Assembly (NCBI RefSeq): GCF_001548275.1 | Contig: NZ_AP014945.1 | Coordinates: 720,001 to 752,000 of the forward strand | Length of the DNA: 32,000 bases | Source: Caldimicrobium thiodismutans | GTDB lineage: Bacteria; Desulfobacterota; Thermodesulfobacteria; Thermodesulfobacteriales; Thermodesulfobacteriaceae | Direction: 5' to 3' | Shown: piece after piece, positions 22,134-31,237 of the stretch | Layout of the letters: each line of letters opens with the position of its first letter | Numbering within the stretch: position 1 is the stretch's first letter | Notes under the pieces: model-generated | Databases searched by the model: none | Seen by the model: only the letters and a program-made list of their open reading frames with translations | Told to the model about the DNA's origin: nothing | Translations under genes and position numbers: made by a program

Positions 22134-23234
22134 TTGCAAATCTTTGTTGAAAAATCTGCCCTATCCTATCAATTAACTCAAGAAATTTTGACAAGAGTCT
22201 CCTCCTTTGAAATAATCCCTTCGTATGAGGATTTTCTCTGGGAATTTAGAACTGAAGAAGATCTTATTGCTCTTGGAAAGAAGAGGCTTTTTATTATGGA
22301 ATACAAGGGAGATTTTGTTAAACCCTGTCCAGGAACCAAAAATTATATCTGTTGTGGTTATGAGATCTTTCATATTGGAGAGGGATGTCCCCTTGATTGC
22401 TCCTACTGTATCCTGCAAATGTATTTAAATAGACCAGGGCTAAAGATTTGGGGAAATCTCTGGGAAGATGGATTAGAAACCCTCAAAGAGTATTTAAAAA
22501 TACAAGAAAATACAGGTAGAATTATAAGGATAGGAACAGGAGAGTTTACGGATAGTCTCGCTTTAGAGGGAATAACTCATATATCTGAAAAACTCATTCA
22601 TTTCTGGAATGAAAAAAAACCCAGAGCTGTCCTTGAATTGAAAACTAAGGTGGCTCTCAGTGATGATTTTTTTAAGAAAATTAAAGGAAATCCCAGGGTG
22701 ATATTGGCCTGGTCAGTTAACACAGAAAGGGTTATTCAAACTGAAGAAAAGTCAACTGCACCTCTTTCTGCAAGGCTTGAAAGTGCTAAAAAAGCAATTG
22801 ATAAGGGTTTTACTGTAGCCTTTCACTTTGACCCAATCATATATTATTCAGGAGCAGAACTTGAATATCCTGAGGTATTGAAAAAAATTTTAAAAATTAT
22901 CCCTCATGAAAAAATTGCCTGGATCAGCTTAGGAACCTTAAGATTTCCAAAGGTCTTAAAAAAAGTAGCTGTAGAAAGATTTCCTGAAACTAAAATTTAT
23001 TCCTATGAGTTCATTGAGGGGCTTGATCAAAAAAAGAGATATTTTGTTGATTTAAGAAAAAGGCTCTATAAATCTTTATATAACCTCATAAAAGAGACCC
23101 AGACTGAGATTACTTATTATTTTTGTATGGAGAGTGAAAGAATTTGGGAAGAGGTCCTTGGAATAAAGATAAGTAAAAATGAGGGCTTAGTGGATCGCCT
23201 TGACAAAGTGGCCAAAAGGTTATGCTCATTATAG
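22134..23234 (+). CDS. Spore-photoproduct-lyase-family radical SAM protein (SplB-like)
   Basis: 366 aa with a TTG start. FVKPCPGTKNYICCGY and GCPLDCSYCILQMY (CX3CX2C) as in SP lyase-like DNA repair enzymes. Confidence 0.7.
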   Translation: MQIFVEKSALSYQLTQEILTRVSSFEIIPSYEDFLWEFRTEEDLIALGKKRLFIMEYKGDFVKPCPGTKNYICCGYEIFHIGEGCPLDCSYCILQMYLNRPGLKIWGNLWEDGLETLKEYLKIQENTGRIIRIGTGEFTDSLALEGITHISEKLIHFWNEKKPRAVLELKTKVALSDDFFKKIKGNPRVILAWSVNTERVIQTEEKSTAPLSARLESAKKAIDKGFTVAFHFDPIIYYSGAELEYPEVLKKILKIIPHEKIAWISLGTLRFPKVLKKVAVERFPETKIYSYEFIEGLDQKKRYFVDLRKRLYKSLYNLIKETQTEITYYFCMESERIWEEVLGIKISKNEGLVDRLDKVAKRLCSL

Positions 23235-24469
23235 TATTATTTCTTTTAATAAATATAGCTGGGTGCACTCCTATCTCCAAGGGAACCAAAGAATTTACCT
23301 GTGAGTCCTGTCATGGAGAAGCTCCTTTAAAACTTTCTCATTCTCAACTTTCATGTAAGGACTGTCATGCTGGATCATCTCCTGCAAAGAATAAAGAACT
23401 TGCCCATAAAAACTTAAAAAAAGATTTATCTCCAGAAGAAGTTGAAATCCTCTGTAACCGGTGTCACTCTAAGGAGGTTATGGCTTTTCAAAAGAGTTAT
23501 CATTATACATATGCAGGGGAGTTAAAAGGCATCCTTAGGGGATTTAGTCTAAATTTAAAGATTGAAAACATAAAGAGTCTTCTGCCTTTAGAGGGTTCTT
23601 TTGAAACTAAGGAAGGTCTTTTTGTAGATTTTTTGAAAAGACGGTGTCTAACTTGCCATATCTATAGCAAAGGAGAAAAATATTCAAGAACTCACAGAGC
23701 AAAAGGGTGTTTTAGTTGCCATAGCCCTCATAAACTTGGAAGACCAGGGGATCACGAATGTCTTAGCTGCCATTATGGGACCAAAATTGGGTGGGATTAT
23801 TATGGATACTCGCCTCATCCCTGGTTTGTAGATTATCGTTCCCCTTTTATCCAGGGAAAAAATCCAGAAAGACCTTATGGAATTGAAGCCTACAGATTAA
23901 GGGAGGATATCCATAAAAGTAAAGGTCTTGCCTGTGTAGATTGTCACTCTAAGCAAGAAATTATGTATGGAGAAAAGAAAATTTCCTGTCTTAGCTGTCA
24001 TAAAAACTTTAAAGAAAAAAACTTTCATCAGAAAAAAATTTTACAACAGGTAAGATGTGAAGTCTGCCATGCAAGTTTTATAAGTATGGATGATGTAAAG
24101 GTTTGCTATCTTGAAACAAATCCCAATCTGGAAGAGTGGATTGATCTTTCCATTCAGGAGTCTTCAGAAATTGAGGAAATAATAGGAAAATTTATGGAGG
24201 GTAAAAGGGTTTCCATAAAAATGAAAGATAAATTTACTGATAAAGAAAAAGAAGGCCTCTGGCTTTGCACCCTCGGAAATCGGACCTTTGATAAAATTTT
24301 TCTTGGCAAGGATAAAGAAGGAAGACTTTGCCTCCTGAGAAAAGAGAAACTAACCTTAATTCATGAAAATATAGAAATTACTGGAATCTTTGAAACCTGT
24401 AAAACTTCACACTCCATAGGCAAGGGAGATATTAACAGGGCTTTTAGTGTTTTGAAGGAATTAAAATGA
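23222..24469 (+). CDS. Multiheme c-type cytochrome lipoprotein (9 CXXCH motifs)
   Basis: 415 aa. Lipobox LINIAGC. Heme motifs: CESCH, CKDCH, CNRCH, CLTCH, CFSCH, CLSCH, CVDCH, CLSCH, CEVCH. Confidence 0.8.
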   Translation: MLIIVLFLLINIAGCTPISKGTKEFTCESCHGEAPLKLSHSQLSCKDCHAGSSPAKNKELAHKNLKKDLSPEEVEILCNRCHSKEVMAFQKSYHYTYAGELKGILRGFSLNLKIENIKSLLPLEGSFETKEGLFVDFLKRRCLTCHIYSKGEKYSRTHRAKGCFSCHSPHKLGRPGDHECLSCHYGTKIGWDYYGYSPHPWFVDYRSPFIQGKNPERPYGIEAYRLREDIHKSKGLACVDCHSKQEIMYGEKKISCLSCHKNFKEKNFHQKKILQQVRCEVCHASFISMDDVKVCYLETNPNLEEWIDLSIQESSEIEEIIGKFMEGKRVSIKMKDKFTDKEKEGLWLCTLGNRTFDKIFLGKDKEGRLCLLRKEKLTLIHENIEITGIFETCKTSHSIGKGDINRAFSVLKELK

Positions 24470-25665
24470 AATATCCCCCTGTTATCCTGAATACCAATGG
24501 GTTGAAAAACTACATCCAGGGAAAACTCTGGTTTACCTATAAAGATCTTGACTCCTTTGAGAAGATTAAAGATTCCATTGAACCAGGGAGCCTTGTATCA
24601 CTTTATTCTCAGCACAAGCATTTTCTTGGGCAGGGATATTTTAATTCTCATTCCTATTATAGCCTGAAACTTCTTACCAAAAAAGAAATCTCCATTGATA
24701 TATCCTTTTTTAAAGAAACATTCAAATTAGCCCTTGAATTCAGAGAGAGATTTTTTCCAGGTGAGTCATCCTTCAGGCTTATTCATTCAGAGGGGGATCA
24801 TCTCCCCGGGCTAATTATAGATCTCTTTGATAAAGTTGGAGTAATCCAAATCCATACCCTTGGAATGGAAAGACTAAAATCCATCATAATAGATGCCTTG
24901 CTTCAAATCAGACCCCTTGAGAGTATTGTTTTAAAAAATGACTTTGATAAAAGAAAAGAAGAAAAATTACCTCTTTATGTAGATTTTTATTTAAAGGAGC
25001 CTCAGGACCCCTATCCTATTGAGATGGACGGTATAAAATTTCTTATTCCAATTATCAAAGGGCAAAAAACAGGTTTTTTCCTTGACCAGAGGGAAAACCG
25101 CAGGTTTTTAAGCAGGATTTCCCATGGCCTTATAATTATGGATGGCTTTGCTTATATTGGTGGTTTTTCCTTCTATGCCCTAAAAGGGGGAGCTAAAAGG
25201 GTCTATCTCCTTGAAAGATCAGGTTATGCCCTTGATATTGCCCTTGAAATCGCCAAATTAAATGGATGGAAAGATCAGGTTGTGCCAGTTGAGGGCGATG
25301 TTTTTCAACTTCTTAAAAATCCTGTAGCAAAAGCAAACTTGTTAATTCTTGATCCGCCAGCCTTTATTAAATCCAAAAAAGATTATTTTCAAGGCTATAA
25401 AAAATACAAGGAACTGTATTCCCTTGGTCTCCAATATTTTAAAGCACAGAATGGATTTCTTTTTCTTTTTTCATGTTCTCATTTTTTAAAACTTCAGGAA
25501 TTACTGCTTTTTTTAAAAGAATCTCTTTCTAAATGCAATTTTTCAGCCAAGATCTTTCAAGTATTTCATCAAAGTCCAGATCATCCTATTAATCCTTGTG
25601 TTGAGGAAACGGAATATCTAAAGGGGGTAGCCCTTGAGTTCTCTCATCTTCATGCCCCTCTATAG
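24466..25665 (+). CDS. rlmI: PUA-domain class I SAM-dependent rRNA (cytosine-C5) methyltransferase, RlmI-like
   Basis: 399 aa. RLIHSEGDHLPGLIIDLF, QKTGFFLDQREN, and ILDPPAF motif IV region. Confidence 0.8.
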   Translation: MKYPPVILNTNGLKNYIQGKLWFTYKDLDSFEKIKDSIEPGSLVSLYSQHKHFLGQGYFNSHSYYSLKLLTKKEISIDISFFKETFKLALEFRERFFPGESSFRLIHSEGDHLPGLIIDLFDKVGVIQIHTLGMERLKSIIIDALLQIRPLESIVLKNDFDKRKEEKLPLYVDFYLKEPQDPYPIEMDGIKFLIPIIKGQKTGFFLDQRENRRFLSRISHGLIIMDGFAYIGGFSFYALKGGAKRVYLLERSGYALDIALEIAKLNGWKDQVVPVEGDVFQLLKNPVAKANLLILDPPAFIKSKKDYFQGYKKYKELYSLGLQYFKAQNGFLFLFSCSHFLKLQELLLFLKESLSKCNFSAKIFQVFHQSPDHPINPCVEETEYLKGVALEFSHLHAPL

Positions 25666-26494
25666 TTTCTTTCTGCAATATCTCCAGAAATTCAAGCTGT
25701 GTAATCTCTTCAAGTTTTAGAACCAGGCCTTCCAGATAGATCTTTTGCGGTTCAGAGGGATGATAGAAAAATAAATAAGAATTTCCCCTAATCTCAGGGG
25801 CTAAAAACATGATAATTTCTTTTAGAAAGGTCTCCTTTTTTAGATAATCTTTTAGGAAAAATTTTTCTTCCTTGAGAGTTCTTTCCATCAAGGCCCAGGG
25901 TTCAATATAGTCTCTCCTTACAGAGCCAAGAAGTCTATAATTTTTAAGAAGTATAAATTTAGGATTTATTCCAGCTTTTTTAAGAATAGTATCTGGAGTG
26001 AAGATTAACTCTTTAAAGAGTTGTTTTTTCTTTTTAAAACCTGGATAATCAGAGTAATTTATATGAGATATAATATCAAGTAACTTAACCTTTAAGACAA
26101 AACCCTCACGATAAAGGTCTTTTAAATACTGAAAATTCTTTTCAAGAAATTGCCAGAACCTTTCTTTCAAAAGCTCCTGATGATAGGTCAGTTTTCTTAA
26201 ATTTTGCTCTAAAATATTCAATTCGGTTTTAAGGGTTTTTCTTGATAATCTTTGAAGATAAGCCTTTTTATAATGGATAAAGGCTTGGGGATTTTTTTCG
26301 TAATTTATAGCCTCAAAGGCAAGATTTAATTCCAAAGCCTTTTTAGTATCCCCTCCCCTATCAGGATGATAATGGAGCTGAAGGGTCCGGTATATGGCTT
26401 TAATAATCTTATAAAGGGTCTCATCACTTAATTCCTTTGCAAGCTGAGGAGTAATTCCAAAAATTTCAAAGGGATTTCTTTTAATTTTTTTCAT
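25589..26494 (-). CDS. J-domain (DnaJ-like) protein
   Basis: 301 aa. N-terminal NPFEIFGI...LQLHYHPDRGGD (HPD motif). The remainder is uncharacterised. Confidence 0.7.
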   Translation of the reverse strand: MKKIKRNPFEIFGITPQLAKELSDETLYKIIKAIYRTLQLHYHPDRGGDTKKALELNLAFEAINYEKNPQAFIHYKKAYLQRLSRKTLKTELNILEQNLRKLTYHQELLKERFWQFLEKNFQYLKDLYREGFVLKVKLLDIISHINYSDYPGFKKKKQLFKELIFTPDTILKKAGINPKFILLKNYRLLGSVRRDYIEPWALMERTLKEEKFFLKDYLKKETFLKEIIMFLAPEIRGNSYLFFYHPSEPQKIYLEGLVLKLEEITQLEFLEILQKETIEGHEDERTQGLPPLDIPFPQHKD

Positions 26495-26506
26495 TGTAAT
26501 AATTAA

Positions 26507-27199
26507 TTATAAATCATTTTCAAGAAAATTTCTAAAAAAAAGAAAAAGATTTTCTCTGGTCTGAGTCAACATCTTTTCTGGTCTAAGAGTTGATAGTTTC
26601 CCCAATTCATCGGTGATAAAATGTAAGGCTACTGCTTTTATTTTATAGAAATTGCTAAGGGCATAAAGAGCTGATGTTTCCATATCCATAGCCTGAACCT
26701 TCATTAATTGTAATTTAAAATCATTCAGATTTTTTTCCACAACTTGTGGAGCATCAACTGTAAGGATAGTTCCTATTCTATAAAATATATTAAACTCCCT
26801 TAATAAATTGCTGATTTTTTGAAAAAATTTTTTATCAGTAGAAAAAATTTTCTTATTTTTAAAATAAAACTTACTTGTGCCTTCAAGAGAAAGGGCTTTC
26901 TCTGAAAGTAGGAGTTCTCCCACGACAATAGATGCAAAGGGGCTTTTCCCAGCCCACCCCAAGAATAGGAGCTTTTCAACCCCTTTTTCTTTTAAAAATT
27001 CTATCAAAAGGGCAAGAGCAGGAGAGGAAAGCACTGGCCCAACAAGGAGATTATTACCCCTTAAAAATTTAAAATTAATATTTAACCAGCTAAAATGTTG
27101 CCCTTCTTCAAATTTCTTAGAATAATATTTCCATTCGGGAAGAGGGGCAAAAATTATAGCCTTTCTAATAAAGGAAATTTTTATAGGGGGTAAAAACAC
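26507..27199 (-). CDS. Nucleoside phosphorylase/nucleosidase-family (PNP_UDP_1) protein
   Basis: 230 aa. VGPVLSSPALA, LGWAGK, and AMDMETSALYAL, typical of the MTA/SAH-nucleosidase and purine phosphorylase fold. Confidence 0.6.
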   Translation of the reverse strand: MFLPPIKISFIRKAIIFAPLPEWKYYSKKFEEGQHFSWLNINFKFLRGNNLLVGPVLSSPALALLIEFLKEKGVEKLLFLGWAGKSPFASIVVGELLLSEKALSLEGTSKFYFKNKKIFSTDKKFFQKISNLLREFNIFYRIGTILTVDAPQVVEKNLNDFKLQLMKVQAMDMETSALYALSNFYKIKAVALHFITDELGKLSTLRPEKMLTQTRENLFLFFRNFLENDL

Positions 27200-27214
27200 T
27201 CCTTTATTATAAGC

Positions 27215-27568
27215 TTAATCTTCATCTTCTTCAACTAAGTCTTCAAATACCTCAAAACACTCTTTAACTAAACATTCTTTATCTGGAAAATGACAATTTC
27301 CCTCTTTTCTTTGAGGAATGGGCTTTTCTGGGAGCTTAATTTTGCTTAAGATGTCTTCCACATCCTGAAATTTTTTCTTAAAAATCTCAGGAATGGGGTC
27401 AAGATTCACACCTGCCTTAAATTCATTAAATCTTTCCATAATCTCTTCCGCAACCTCCTTTCTTGATTTACAAACAGAGCATCTTGGATCTTCTTGCTGG
27501 AGTTTAAGAAGGCCTGACATAAAATAAAAAGCCCTGATTTTGTTGATTGTAAGCTTTTCCCTTTCCAT
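27215..27568 (-). CDS. Hypothetical Cys-containing acidic protein
   Basis: 117 aa. GGGGGAGGA SD. CSVC plus C-terminal CHFPDKECLVKEC. No recognisable family. Confidence 0.45.
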   Translation of the reverse strand: MEREKLTINKIRAFYFMSGLLKLQQEDPRCSVCKSRKEVAEEIMERFNEFKAGVNLDPIPEIFKKKFQDVEDILSKIKLPEKPIPQRKEGNCHFPDKECLVKECFEVFEDLVEEDED

Positions 27569-27814
27569 AGTCCTCCCCCCTTACTTAATGTAAGTTTAAG
27601 ATTTAATACTAAATTTAATAAAACTTTTAATAACACTTTTTTAGGGGTTGTGAAAAAAATCTTGAAGCTAATGCATTCCCTTTATTATTGATGGTTGCCA
27701 TTAAAAAGAAATTACTTAAAATAAAATTTATGAAGCTAATTATCAGTAAATATTTAAAAAAAGAGGCTCTCCTCAAAGAAAAGTTAAAACTTTTTATACA
27801 GAAGGAGGTAGACT

Positions 27815-28360
27815 ATGATGAGAATAGAAATTAATAACTCCTTTCTTGAAATTACTCAAGGGGATATAACAGAGCAAGAGGTTGAAGCCATAGTTAATGC
27901 TGCAAATGAGAGACTTATACCTGGTGGCGGGGTTGATGGAGCCATTCACAGAAAAGGTGGCCCTGCCATACTTGAAGAATTAAGGGAAAAATATACCCAT
28001 TGTCCTACAGGTGAGGCAGTGGTTACTGGAGCAGGAAATCTTAAGGCAAAATATGTAATTCATGCAGTAGGTCCTATTTATAAAGATGGAAAAAGGGGTG
28101 AAGCAGAACTTCTTTCCAGGGCTTATAGAAGTGCTCTTGAAAGAGCAGTGGAACTCGGGGTAAAAAGCATAGCCTTCCCTGCTCTCTCAACAGGAGCTTA
28201 TGGCTATCCCATAAAAGAAGCTTCAGAAATCGCTTTAAAAACTATCCTTGATTTTTTAAAGGAAAAAGGAAAACCTGAGCTTGTAAGAATGGTTCTTTTT
28301 CTTGAGGAACATTATAATACTTTTGTAAAAGTCCTTGAGGAATTGAAATCTAACTTATAA
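27815..28360 (+). CDS. Macro-domain protein (O-acetyl-ADP-ribose deacetylase/ADP-ribose-binding, YmdB-like)
   Basis: 181 aa. GDITEQEVEAIVNAAN, GGGVDGAIH, AFPALSTGAYGYP. AGGAGG SD. Confidence 0.85.
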   Translation: MMRIEINNSFLEITQGDITEQEVEAIVNAANERLIPGGGVDGAIHRKGGPAILEELREKYTHCPTGEAVVTGAGNLKAKYVIHAVGPIYKDGKRGEAELLSRAYRSALERAVELGVKSIAFPALSTGAYGYPIKEASEIALKTILDFLKEKGKPELVRMVLFLEEHYNTFVKVLEELKSNL

Positions 28361-29492
28361 AAAATCTTTCAATTTTTTCTGCTGGTTTTTCCAGTCGATA
28401 ATAATTCAAAATATTAATAAAACTTTCAGAATGAAGGGGGTTTTCTTTAAAATAGAAAAGATGGGATGAGCATTTGCAGTCTGAAGAGCCAAAGGCAAAA
28501 ATCAAATCATCGGCAATTTTTGAAAGATCCCTGGCAAGAAGGCATTCAAGATTATCTGAACTAATTATCAAAATGGTCTTGAAAAAGTGCGCTTTTTCTA
28601 AAAGATAATCAATATGCCATCTTTTTTTCTTAGTTTTTCTTAAATGTCTTTTTACCCTTTCTTTTAGATTTTTCCTCCCTGATCCCACATAGATGTAGAA
28701 GCCCTCTCTGAAATCAATTTTTCCAAGATTTCCTACTTCCACACTTTGATTCTTTTCAATTTGTAGAATCAACAGATAGGCTCCACTATTTCTGAATTCC
28801 TCCTTTAGAAAATTTACAGGTATTTTAAGTTTTTTTATTTCTACAATTTCTTCAAGAGAAGGAGAAAATTTTATAGCTAATGCTTCAAACTTTATTTCAT
28901 CAAAGGTTTCAAGAAAGGCCTTGGTGAATTCAAAATCTATATGGTATGCTGGAAGAAAATATTCAACTTCAGGGCTCATAACCACAAAGAGACACCCAGC
29001 AGAAATTCCCTTTTTCTTTAATTCTAAGAGCTCATAAAGATGTCTTGTTCCTCTTTTGGTTTCTGCATCAGGAAACAGGGCAAGCTTTTCTCCAAAGAGA
29101 GTGCAGGTTTTTATCTCAAGATAAAGCTTTTCAGGGGAATTCTTTTTTTCAAGGAGCAAATCAAGTCTTCCTCTGTTAACTCTGGGTTCCTTTTTAAGAA
29201 CCCTGAATTTCTCAAACCCAGGAATTCTTCCTTTTTCAATGAGCCAAGCTATATAATGATTGGTAAGATGGGTATGAAGTAAAACAGGATAGTCTTTTTT
29301 TAAACAGGCTATCACTGTATAGGGATATCTGGCGCTATTGGATTTACTCAAAAGAAGTGTTTTTCCTGGAATAAGAAGTTCCCAAAGTCTTCCTGGATTG
29401 GGAAGATAAGCAAGAGCAGTTTTATCCTCAATTTTTACTCTCACCACAAAACGATTCAATCTCTCAAGAAAAGTTGCAGGAATAAGGGACAT
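28350..29492 (-). CDS. sfsA: Fusion protein: SfsA (OB-fold plus PD-(D/E)XK-like nuclease fold) and a C-terminal DUF123/GIY-YIG-superfamily domain
   Basis: 380 aa. N-terminal FLERLNRFVVRV..., LPNPGRL, RLDLLL, LEIKTCTL and FPDAETKRGTRHL are SfsA motifs. C-terminal GAYLLIL..., FYIYVGSG, RHLRKTKKKRWHIDYL and FGSSDCKCSSHLFYF are DUF123 motifs. Confidence 0.75.
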   Translation of the reverse strand: MSLIPATFLERLNRFVVRVKIEDKTALAYLPNPGRLWELLIPGKTLLLSKSNSARYPYTVIACLKKDYPVLLHTHLTNHYIAWLIEKGRIPGFEKFRVLKKEPRVNRGRLDLLLEKKNSPEKLYLEIKTCTLFGEKLALFPDAETKRGTRHLYELLELKKKGISAGCLFVVMSPEVEYFLPAYHIDFEFTKAFLETFDEIKFEALAIKFSPSLEEIVEIKKLKIPVNFLKEEFRNSGAYLLILQIEKNQSVEVGNLGKIDFREGFYIYVGSGRKNLKERVKRHLRKTKKKRWHIDYLLEKAHFFKTILIISSDNLECLLARDLSKIADDLIFAFGSSDCKCSSHLFYFKENPLHSESFINILNYYRLEKPAEKIERFFIS

Positions 29493-29494
29493 TA

Positions 29495-30340
29495 CTATTT
29501 TTTAAGATAATTTTTTAAGAGTTCTATTGCCTCTTCTTTTTTTATGGGAAGGGCAGGGATCCGATCTCTATAAGGGGAAAAGATCTCCGTAACTATAGGT
29601 GATTTTAAATGTAAAGAGGAAAGATCATCAAATCCAGTAAATAATTCCATTGGAGTTCCATAAAAAACCATTTCTCCTTTTTTTAAAACCACTACTTTGT
29701 CTGCAAAATAGGGAACAAGCTCCACATTGTGGGTAGCTATAATAAAAGAATAGCCTCTTCTTTTCAAATTTAAAAGAAGTTCAAGAAAATTTTTTTCTAA
29801 AATCGGGTCGAGGCCAAGGGTTGGTTCATCAAGGAGAAGGATTTCGTGTCCCATGGCAAGAAGGCCAGCAAGGGCAACCCGCTTTTTCTCACCAAAACTT
29901 AGGCTTTGAATAGACCTTTCTTCAAAACCTGAAAGTTGAACCAGCTCTAATGCCTCTTTTACAGCCTTTTTAATTTTTTCCTCATTAAAGCCCATGTTTC
30001 TTGGACCAAAAGCCACATCTTCAAAAACTCTTTCTGCAAAAAGTTGTTCCTCTGGATTCTGAAAAAGAAGCCCCATTTTGGAGTAAATCTCCCGTGGTTT
30101 AAGTTCTCTGATTTCCCTTCCATATAGAAGAATACTTCCTTCATAATTTTTATAAAGCCCATCAAGAACCTTTAGAAGTGTTGTTTTTCCCGCTCCACTT
30201 GCCCCAAGAAGGGCAATTCCCTCTCCAGATAAAAGCTCAAAATCTATGTTTCTAAGAAAAAAATCATCCCCAAGGGAAAATCTCTTTAATCTAACTTTGA
30301 GTCTTAAAGAATTATCCAAAGAATTATCCATCCTATGCAA
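29495..30340 (-). CDS. cbiO: ECF/cobalt-type ABC transporter ATPase (CbiO/EcfA-like)
   Basis: 281 aa. Walker A GASGAGKTT, LSFGEKKRVALAG signature, Walker B LLLDEP. Confidence 0.85.
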   Translation of the reverse strand: MHRMDNSLDNSLRLKVRLKRFSLGDDFFLRNIDFELLSGEGIALLGASGAGKTTLLKVLDGLYKNYEGSILLYGREIRELKPREIYSKMGLLFQNPEEQLFAERVFEDVAFGPRNMGFNEEKIKKAVKEALELVQLSGFEERSIQSLSFGEKKRVALAGLLAMGHEILLLDEPTLGLDPILEKNFLELLLNLKRRGYSFIIATHNVELVPYFADKVVVLKKGEMVFYGTPMELFTGFDDLSSLHLKSPIVTEIFSPYRDRIPALPIKKEEAIELLKNYLKK

Positions 30341-31002
30341 GCTATGAGAAAATAGAATAAATCTTTTAAATTGAGAGGTTCAAGGGGTAAGAGAATATTT
30401 TTAAAACTAAAGCCCCTTTGATACATACTCTGAAGAATGTTTTCTGAATGGGCTAAGGCTTTAAAAAAGGATGCTTGAACAAGATATCTGAGGGAGTAAT
30501 AGGATTCCTTTATTCCAGAATATCCAAGTCGATTTTTCTGAGAAAGATATACAAGAGAGATATCCTCTCTTAGAAGAGTGATAAACTTGAAACTTAAAAA
30601 CATTAATTCCTGAAACAGGGCTGGAACTTTAAGCCAGTTCATAAGTCTTATCATCTCAAAAAAAGAAAGAGAGGTATAAAAAAAGAGAAAAAGGGTAAAG
30701 GCTGAAAGAACGCGAAGACCCAAGTGAAGATTTTCTTTTAAAGAAAAAAGGGTATTTTGAAGAGAAGAAAAATCAAAGCTTTTTATAAGAACTAAGATAC
30801 TTGCTATAAATAGGGGTTCAAGATAATAATGTAAAAGAGCTTTTAACTTTTTGGCTCTGTTGAGTAAAAGCCCAAAATGAAAGAGAAAGAGAGCACCCAA
30901 GAAAAAGATATTTTTTGAGGAAAGACAAAGGAGAAGGAGAAGGCAAAAGTAGAGAAATTTTATTTTTGAATTTATTTTTGAATTAGGCCCTTTTTCCTTC
31001 AC
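30304..31002 (-). CDS. cbiQ: ECF transporter transmembrane (T) component, CbiQ-like
   Basis: 232 aa polytopic membrane protein lying between the cbiN-like gene and cbiO. Includes the ...LSQKNRLGY... region (Ala-Arg-Gly-like coupling motif area). Confidence 0.7.
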   Translation of the reverse strand: MKEKGPNSKINSKIKFLYFCLLLLLCLSSKNIFFLGALFLFHFGLLLNRAKKLKALLHYYLEPLFIASILVLIKSFDFSSLQNTLFSLKENLHLGLRVLSAFTLFLFFYTSLSFFEMIRLMNWLKVPALFQELMFLSFKFITLLREDISLVYLSQKNRLGYSGIKESYYSLRYLVQASFFKALAHSENILQSMYQRGFSFKNILLPLEPLNLKDLFYFLIACIGWIILWIIL

Positions 31003-31237
31003 TTAAGAGTTTTCTCCAGTAATATCCAGCAACAAAGCCAGAAAGTCCTGAAAGAAGGGCAAAAGCAAAGAGTTCCGTATCCCCTTCAAGCTCAATGAGG
31101 GGTTTTGGTGCCCTTCCCTTCTCTTCTGCAACTTTTTCAATCACTGCTTCATCAAGACCCTTCCACTTCTCTTCTGCCAATGCCTTTGCACTAAAGAGAA
31201 AACTTAAGCCAAGGATTAATACCATAATTTTTTTCAT
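30983..31237 (-). CDS. cbiN: Small CbiN-like (or PDGLE-type) component of the Co/Ni ECF transporter
   Basis: 84 aa. N-terminal signal/TM helix, an extracytoplasmic loop, and a C-terminal TM helix LFAFALLSGLSGFVAGYY. Sits between cbiM and cbiQ. Confidence 0.55.
   Translation of the reverse strand: MKKIMVLILGLSFLFSAKALAEEKWKGLDEAVIEKVAEEKGRAPKPLIELEGDTELFAFALLSGLSGFVAGYYWRKLLSEGKRA

Noticed and set aside
27730-27837. 35-aa ORF (MKLIISKYLKKEALLKEKLKLFIQKEVDYDENRN) overlapping the macro-domain gene start
   Set aside because: It has no SD, it is Lys/Leu-rich as expected from AT-rich DNA, and it overlaps the strong AGGAGG SD and ATG of the macro gene in another frame.
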